DNA of 64,000 bases. It comes from an uncultured Dehalococcoidia bacterium. Its GTDB lineage: Bacteria; Chloroflexota; Dehalococcoidia; Lucifugimonadales; CAZDRU01. Under the pieces are notes generated by a model. That model was not told the DNA's origin. It ran no database searches and worked only from the letters and a program-made list of their open reading frames with translations. This document shows positions 58,469-64,000 of the stretch, in pieces (positions within the stretch are counted from its first letter, which is position 1; the number at the start of each line of letters is the position of its first letter). The stretch lies in the NCBI GenBank assembly GCA_964508175.1, contig CAZDRU010000043.1, forward strand, positions 1,843 through 65,842, given 5' to 3'. A program made the position numbers and the translations under genes.

Positions 58469-59917
58469 ATGGATTCAAATCTTATATATGATGACCTTAA
58501 TTTGTTTGTTTCAGTTTTTCCTAAACATATCAGTTCGGAATTGTATAAACTTTCAAATTTTGATGATTTACTAGAAATTGCATTAGATATTGGTCGAGTG
58601 CCAGAAGTACGTTTTGGTAATGGAGCATCAGTGTTTTTATCAAAAGAAATTCAATTTGAAGATTTAAATTATATTATTGGGAATCTTGGGGAATTTGGAG
58701 ATGATAATAGAGCAGGCATAGAAAGAACGTTGCATAGATTTTCTGCGATACGTAATCGTAAAAAGGTCATTATAGGTCTTACTTGTAGAATAGGTAGAGC
58801 AGTATTTGGAACTATCCAGGTTATACAAGACCTTCTTTCTATGGGTAAGTCTATACTGCTTCTCGGTAAACCTGGAGTAGGAAAAACAACAATGTTAAGA
58901 GAAATTGCAAGAATCTTAGCAGACCAAGATCAAAAACGAGTAGTTATTGTAGATACTTCTAATGAAATAGCTGGAGATGGAGATATTCCTCATACTTCAA
59001 TTGGAAAAGCCAGAAGATTACAAGTAACCGCTTCAGCATTACAACATGCTGTAATGATTGAAGCAGTAGAAAATCATATGCCAGAAGTCGTTATTATTGA
59101 TGAAATGAGTACTGAATTAGAAGCGTTTGCTGCTAGGACTATAGCGGAGAGGGGAGTTCAATTAATAGCAACAGCCCATGGAGGAAGTTTAGAAAACTTG
59201 ATACTTAACCCCAGTTTAGCTGATTTGATTGGAGGTATTAATGCAGTTACTTTAGGTGACGATGAAGCTAGACGTCGCGGTACTCAAAAAACTATTTTAG
59301 AAAGAAAATCTCCTCCTACATTTGAAATTATTGTTGAGATTAATAATCGTAATTTAGTAATTGTTCATAAAGATGTAGGCACTGTTATTGATAAATGGTT
59401 ACGTGGTTCGAAAATTATTGGAGAAAAACGTTCGACTGATCAAACAGGGAAAATTATAAAAACTCAATTACTTGTTAATGGGATGAATAATTTATCTAAA
59501 CGATCATCAGAAAAATTTCCTCAAAAATCTAAATTATCAGCTAATAGTCCGCAAATTTCAGTTTTCCCTATTGGCATAAATTCTCGGAAATTCAAATTAT
59601 TAGATCAGATTAATACTAAAGTTAATTTTGTGGAATCTATGAATTTAGCTGATTTCATTGTTACTACTAGAGCTTATTATCGCAAAGAACCACGTTTAAT
59701 GAAGAATATCGAAAATTCTAAGAAATCACTTTATGTATTAAAGCGTAGTTCAGGATATTATTTAAAAGAATTTTTGAAAGTTATTGAAAGAAAACAGTTA
59801 AAATCTTTTTTAACTAATAGAAGTGATTATAATTTAGTTAATATTGAACAAGAGGCTAGAGGAAATGAATCCAATCAACAAAAATACATAAAAACAATAC
59901 AAGAAAAATATTTATAA
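58469..59917 (+). CDS. Ycf45/SpoIIIAA-like AAA ATPase
   Basis: D.GR.PE.R, NRAGIERTLHR.SA, GKPGVGKTT, VDTSNEIAGDGD.PH, AVENHMPE, ATAHG. Confidence 0.88.
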   Translation: MDSNLIYDDLNLFVSVFPKHISSELYKLSNFDDLLEIALDIGRVPEVRFGNGASVFLSKEIQFEDLNYIIGNLGEFGDDNRAGIERTLHRFSAIRNRKKVIIGLTCRIGRAVFGTIQVIQDLLSMGKSILLLGKPGVGKTTMLREIARILADQDQKRVVIVDTSNEIAGDGDIPHTSIGKARRLQVTASALQHAVMIEAVENHMPEVVIIDEMSTELEAFAARTIAERGVQLIATAHGGSLENLILNPSLADLIGGINAVTLGDDEARRRGTQKTILERKSPPTFEIIVEINNRNLVIVHKDVGTVIDKWLRGSKIIGEKRSTDQTGKIIKTQLLVNGMNNLSKRSSEKFPQKSKLSANSPQISVFPIGINSRKFKLLDQINTKVNFVESMNLADFIVTTRAYYRKEPRLMKNIENSKKSLYVLKRSSGYYLKEFLKVIERKQLKSFLTNRSDYNLVNIEQEARGNESNQQKYIKTIQEKYL

Positions 59918-59944
59918 ATTTAATATATTGAGGATGAAAATAAT

Positions 59945-60553
59945 ATGTTTATTGTATTCGAAGGTACTGAAGGTTGTGGTAAAAGTACACAAGCTAAAAA
60001 ATTAGCTGATGATTTGAAAAAATTACCTAAGAAGGTTCAATTAATTCGTGAACCAGGCACCACTCTTTTGGGAGAATCTATTAAAACTTTTTTTAAAGAT
60101 ATTGAAAAAATAAATCCTATTTCAGAATTATTTCTATTTGAAGCTGCAAGAGCACAATTAGTTAATGATGTAATTAATCCATCATTAGCGTTAGGGAATA
60201 TCGTTATTTGTGACAGGTTTTATCCATCAACTCTCGCCTATCAAGCTTATGCAAGAGGGATTGATAAGGAATTTGTTACACGTTGTAATGATTTAGCCAC
60301 ATCAAAACTAGTTCCAGATTTGATTATTTGGTTGAAAATTCCCATTGAAATGGGACTAGAACGCAAAAGCGAGGACGAAAAAAATTTTTATGAGAGAGAA
60401 AGTTTATCTTTTCATAAGAAAGTTTATGATGGTTATTTATCACAAGAAAGAGATTCAAATAATTGGTTTATTGTTGATGGCACAGCATCAGTTGAAGAAG
60501 TTAGTAAGATAATTTGGGATAGAATTATTGTTGAATTAGCTAAATTTCAATAA
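59945..60553 (+). CDS. tmk: thymidylate kinase
   Basis: FEG.EG.GKSTQ, REPG.T, LF.AAR.Q, DRF..ST.AYQ, PDL. Confidence 0.95.
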   Translation: MFIVFEGTEGCGKSTQAKKLADDLKKLPKKVQLIREPGTTLLGESIKTFFKDIEKINPISELFLFEAARAQLVNDVINPSLALGNIVICDRFYPSTLAYQAYARGIDKEFVTRCNDLATSKLVPDLIIWLKIPIEMGLERKSEDEKNFYERESLSFHKKVYDGYLSQERDSNNWFIVDGTASVEEVSKIIWDRIIVELAKFQ

Positions 60554-60666
60554 TGAATATATCTCATTCAGTATAGATCTAATAGTTTTTACATTTATAA
60601 CTTGACTATTTATGTATTATACTTATATTAGTAGGATAGTTTTAAGTTAATACAGAGAGGTGTAAA

Positions 60667-61023
60667 TTGGTTACAGCCAATCAAAAACCAGATACTACGA
60701 TAAGTATCACTGAAAAAGCATCTATAAAAATTAAACATTTTATAGAAAAAGAAAAAGCTGTTGATGGTTCGGGCTTGCGTGTTGGAGTTAAAGGCGGAGG
60801 TTGTTCGGGATTAGTTTATACATTAACCGTTGCTGCTCAACCAAAAGAGGATGATAAAATTATTGATGATAAAGGAGTAAAAGTTTTTATTCCTAAAAAA
60901 AGTTATATATTTTTAGCTGGAATGGTTTTAGATTTTTCAGATGGTTTGAATGGCAAAGGCTTTACTTTTGAAAATCCTAATGCTAAAAAAACTTGTGGGT
61001 GTGGCAATTCATTTGCTGTTTAG
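60667..61023 (+). CDS. A-type Fe-S carrier protein (HesB/IscA/ErpA family)
   Basis: LRVGVKGGGCSG..Y, F.FENPNA..TCGCG.SF; TTG start with GAGGTG SD. Confidence 0.93.
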   Translation: MVTANQKPDTTISITEKASIKIKHFIEKEKAVDGSGLRVGVKGGGCSGLVYTLTVAAQPKEDDKIIDDKGVKVFIPKKSYIFLAGMVLDFSDGLNGKGFTFENPNAKKTCGCGNSFAV

Positions 61024-61094
61024 AGAATAAAAACCTCATTATATTTGCTAGTTATTGTATGTTTTTCCTAAAGTAATTTCTTAAGGATGCACTT

Positions 61095-62039
61095 TTGAAT
61101 TCATTTGTTTCCCAATATATTAATTCTATGATCTTACCCCAAATGTTTAATGTTGATGCTATTGGATTAATTAGATTAACAGGAACTGATGGGTTGGATT
61201 TATTAAATAGATTAACTACTAATTTGGTTGAGCCTTTAGAGGAATATAGTTGGTGTGATACGGTATTGACTTCGGAAAAAGGAAGAATCATTGATGTATT
61301 ACGAGTATACAATTGTGGTGAATTTATTTTCTTGAGAACATCTAAGTCTAGAGAAAAAATTGTAATTGATTGGATTGAAAAATATAATTTTGATGAAGAT
61401 GTTGAATTAGAATTGGTTACTACAGAGTTTACTTTGATTTCAATTTTCCAAAATCCAAATTTAGGAGTTTCAATATTTGGTAATTCTTTTGAATCATTAG
61501 AATTTTGTAGGGAATTTCAAATTGCAAAAAATGAATTTACAGGAATATATTTGCCAAATATTTTAGATCTTGTGGGTGGTGATTTATTAGTCAATGCTAG
61601 TGAAATTGATTATTGGAAGCGACAATTAGTTCATTTTGATGTTCAAGAAATGAAGAAGGAGTCATTTGAGTTATTAAGAATTATGCAAAAATTTCCGATT
61701 TGGGATAAAGAACTTAGTGATCAAATAAATCCATTAGAAGCTGGACTTGAAAAATTTATAAATTTTGAAAAAGGTTGTTATATTGGTCAAGAAGTTATAG
61801 CTAGATTAGATACTTACGATAAATTAAAGAAGAAGTTATACCTTGTGGAGATAATTGGAGGGTATCTTGAATTGGGAACTAAATTATTGGTAGATAATGA
61901 TTATGCAGGAGAAATAACTTCTTGTAGTTCTATTAAAATTGACAACAAACGTTTTGGACTTGCATATATTAATAAAAAATATTTAGATGTTAAAGAATTT
62001 TTAGTCCCATCTTTAAATACAGTAGTCCAAATTCCATAA
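61095..62039 (+). CDS. ygfZ: YgfZ/GcvT family folate-binding protein
   Basis: G.D....L..L.TN, KGRI.D, P.EAG, F.KGCYIGQEVIARL signature; start uncertain. Confidence 0.88.
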   Translation: MNSFVSQYINSMILPQMFNVDAIGLIRLTGTDGLDLLNRLTTNLVEPLEEYSWCDTVLTSEKGRIIDVLRVYNCGEFIFLRTSKSREKIVIDWIEKYNFDEDVELELVTTEFTLISIFQNPNLGVSIFGNSFESLEFCREFQIAKNEFTGIYLPNILDLVGGDLLVNASEIDYWKRQLVHFDVQEMKKESFELLRIMQKFPIWDKELSDQINPLEAGLEKFINFEKGCYIGQEVIARLDTYDKLKKKLYLVEIIGGYLELGTKLLVDNDYAGEITSCSSIKIDNKRFGLAYINKKYLDVKEFLVPSLNTVVQIP

Positions 62040-62090
62040 GTATTAGTACTTAAAATAAATTTTTCTTTAACTTCACAAAGTGAATGAAGT

Positions 62091-62870
62091 TTAAACACCC
62101 ATTATATTGTATCCACCGTCTACAAAAATTGTACTTCCAGTTATTCCACTAGCCATATTACTAGCAAGAAATAAAGCAACTTTTGCAACTTCACTAGTTG
62201 AGACATTCCGTTTTAAAGGGGCACGATTTTCATGAATTGTTTTCATGTTAGAAAATCCAGAAATGCCTCTTGAAGCTAGTGTGTCAAGAGGTCCAGGAGA
62301 TATTGTATTTACTCTAATCCCATCTTGTCCATATTCATAAGCGAGTTGACGAACAATGTTTTCTAAAGATGATTTTGCTACTCCCATTACGTTGTATCCT
62401 GGATACACTTTTTCTGATGCTTGAAACGATAATGTAATAATTGAACTTCCAGGTTTTTTCATAAATGGTTTTGCTGCTTTTGATATGGCTATTAATGAAA
62501 AAGCACTTATTTCTAGAGATAAAAGAAATCCATTTCGAGTTGTATTAGAGAAATTGCCACTCAGTTCTTCCTTAGGAGCAAAAGCTATACTGTGAATGAT
62601 GATATCGATATCTCCTATTTTTTTATTTACTTCCTTGATTGCATTTTCAATTTGATCTTCTTGAGTTACATCACATTCTGTTAAGATAATTGATGGGTCA
62701 TTTTCAGTAAGTTTATTTACATGTTTTTTTAATCTTTCATTTTGGTAAGCAAGAGCTATATTAGCTCCAGATGACTTCAATTCGCTTGCTATTGCCCAAG
62801 CAATACTACGATGATTTGCTACTCCAAAAATTAAAGCATTTTTACCTTTTAAATCTATTTCATATGCCAT
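62091..62870 (-). CDS. fabI: enoyl-ACP reductase FabI
   Basis: GVAN.RSIAWAIA, HSIAFAP, YNVMGVAKSSLE, GP..TLAS.GI, VDGG. Confidence 0.95.
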   Translation of the reverse strand: MAYEIDLKGKNALIFGVANHRSIAWAIASELKSSGANIALAYQNERLKKHVNKLTENDPSIILTECDVTQEDQIENAIKEVNKKIGDIDIIIHSIAFAPKEELSGNFSNTTRNGFLLSLEISAFSLIAISKAAKPFMKKPGSSIITLSFQASEKVYPGYNVMGVAKSSLENIVRQLAYEYGQDGIRVNTISPGPLDTLASRGISGFSNMKTIHENRAPLKRNVSTSEVAKVALFLASNMASGITGSTIFVDGGYNIMGV

Positions 62871-62883
62871 TTATTAGTACTCC

Positions 62884-63639
62884 TCAAGCTGTTAATCCAC
62901 CATCAATTACTATTGTTTGACCTGTGATGTAAGCTGCTTTCTCACTAGATAAAAATCCAACTAATTGTGCTATTTCTTCTGGGGATCCAAATCTATTCAT
63001 TGGAATATTTGATAGTATTTTTTCTTGTATATTTGAATTAATAGCATTAGTCATTTCAGTTGATATATATCCAGGCGCAATAGCATTTGAAGTGATATTT
63101 CTTGTTCCTACTTCTCTTGCTATGGCTTTAGTAAATCCAATTAATCCTGCTTTAGATGCAGAATAGTTACTTTGTCCTGGATTTCCAGTCATTCCAACTA
63201 CAGAAGAGATATTGATAATTCTCCCATATTTTGCTTTTAGCATATAAGGAAGTGTGTATTTAGTACATAGGAAGGTAGAATTTAAATTAGTTGTAATTAC
63301 TTTGTTCCAATCGTCACTAGTCATTCTTATGGCTAATTTATCTTTAGTAATCCCAGCATTATTAACAAGAATATCAATTTTTTGAAATTCTGATATCGTT
63401 TTTTTTATCATTTCGGAGACTGCATTTTCATCCGAAACATCTGTTTGTATTTTTATAGATTCTCCGCCTGTTTTATTAATTTCATTCGATATTTGTTCAG
63501 CAGCTTTATGATCAGAATTATAATTAATGACAATTTTTGCACCTTGGTTTGATAATTCTTTAGCTATTGCTTTTCCTATGCCTTTTGAAGCACCGGTGAC
63601 AATTGCTATTTGATCTTTTAATTGTTTAGTATTTGTCAT
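62884..63639 (-). CDS. fabG: 3-oxoacyl-ACP reductase FabG
   Basis: TGASKGIG, NNAGITKD.L..RM, GNPGQSNYSASKAG, APG.I.T.MT. Confidence 0.95.
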   Translation of the reverse strand: MTNTKQLKDQIAIVTGASKGIGKAIAKELSNQGAKIVINYNSDHKAAEQISNEINKTGGESIKIQTDVSDENAVSEMIKKTISEFQKIDILVNNAGITKDKLAIRMTSDDWNKVITTNLNSTFLCTKYTLPYMLKAKYGRIINISSVVGMTGNPGQSNYSASKAGLIGFTKAIAREVGTRNITSNAIAPGYISTEMTNAINSNIQEKILSNIPMNRFGSPEEIAQLVGFLSSEKAAYITGQTIVIDGGLTA

Positions 63640-64000
63640 TATATAGGTCCCATTGATTTTCTGAATTTATTAAGTTCTATTGTCATTTTGTCTACTACTT
63701 TTAAATTAATTAAATCATAGGTGTATTGTATAGCTCCTATAACATTCCGAGCTTTTGAGGATCCATGTCCAATAAATACAGGTCCATTTACTCCAAATAA
63801 AGGTCCTCCTCCAATTGTTTTTGTGTAGCTTGTTGTATCAACAATAGTTTCTATTAATTTGGTTAATTTTTTTTCTGGAATCGTTGTTGAAAGTTGTTTT
63901 TCTATAAGTTTACTTAGTGCTATTCCTAATCCCGCTGCAAATTTTAATATTATATTACCAACAAATCCATCACAAACAATCACATCAGCTTTACTTGTTA
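63639..64000 (-). CDS. plsX: phosphate acyltransferase PlsX (C-terminal part; 5' end outside window)
   Basis: ADVIVCDGFVGNIILK and GG.PLFGVNG....GHGSS motifs; frame open to the window edge. Confidence 0.9.
   Translation of the reverse strand, partial: TSKADVIVCDGFVGNIILKFAAGLGIALSKLIEKQLSTTIPEKKLTKLIETIVDTTSYTKTIGGGPLFGVNGPVFIGHGSSKARNVIGAIQYTYDLINLKVVDKMTIELNKFRKSMGPI

Noticed and set aside
60597-60621. Possible IscR/Rrf2 box upstream of the Fe-S carrier gene
   Set aside because: Only the left arm (ACTTGACT) resembles the consensus, with no palindromic right arm. TTGACT is more simply a -35 element.
62069-62091. Hairpin AACTTCA-N9-TGAAGTT between convergent ygfZ and fabI
   Set aside because: AT-rich 7-bp stem with a large loop; too weak to call a terminator.
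3688-62098. Many short antisense or overlapping ORFs in the track (e.g. 3688, 7131, 11810, 18947, 30844, 33241, 46019, 57303)
   Set aside because: They lie within or opposite well-supported genes, lack motifs, and are typical shadow ORFs.
1-64000. CRISPR array, IS/transposase, integrase, prophage or defence island
   Set aside because: No regularly spaced repeats or mobile-element motifs seen. Neither tRNA has an adjacent integrase or a visible duplicated 3' end.

Overview
AT-rich bacterial chromosomal segment, densely coding, with no mobile elements, CRISPR arrays or rRNA visible. Gene content (LLM monooxygenase, cyclase, PAL-like NHL protein, CaiB/BaiF and Gfo/Idh/MocA paralogs, short EF-Ts, acVLRF1, stand-alone tRNA-Ile) suggests a Chloroflexota/Dehalococcoidia (SAR202-like) genome; this is inference. 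In order, the window holds: (1) catabolic enzymes (1-9.2 kb); (2) a TetR-headed menaquinone operon menF-menD-menH-[class III CoA-transferase]-menB-menA-thioesterase facing menG, with no menC or menE in the window; (3) MFS, hydrolase, crotonase and a second CoA-transferase; (4) DUF2339-like and NUDIX genes, tRNA-Ser, miaB, nadABC; (5) a CIRCE-preceded FmdB/Ruc-like gene plus dtd; (6) rpsB-tsf-pyrH-frr-uppS-cdsA-dxr-rseP; (7) a MoxR-DUF58-VWA-VWA operon; (8) an oxidative sugar-catabolism cluster with a tandem-duplicated mutarotase and an embedded VLRF1-type release factor; (9) tRNA-Ile, pdxST, tmk, Fe-S genes, fabI-fabG-plsX. The best candidate for an undescribed system is the menaquinone operon: a CoA-transferase sits where an OSB-activating step is needed, and a 36-bp palindrome overlaps its promoter. 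All protein calls come from motif recognition by eye; no database searches were run.
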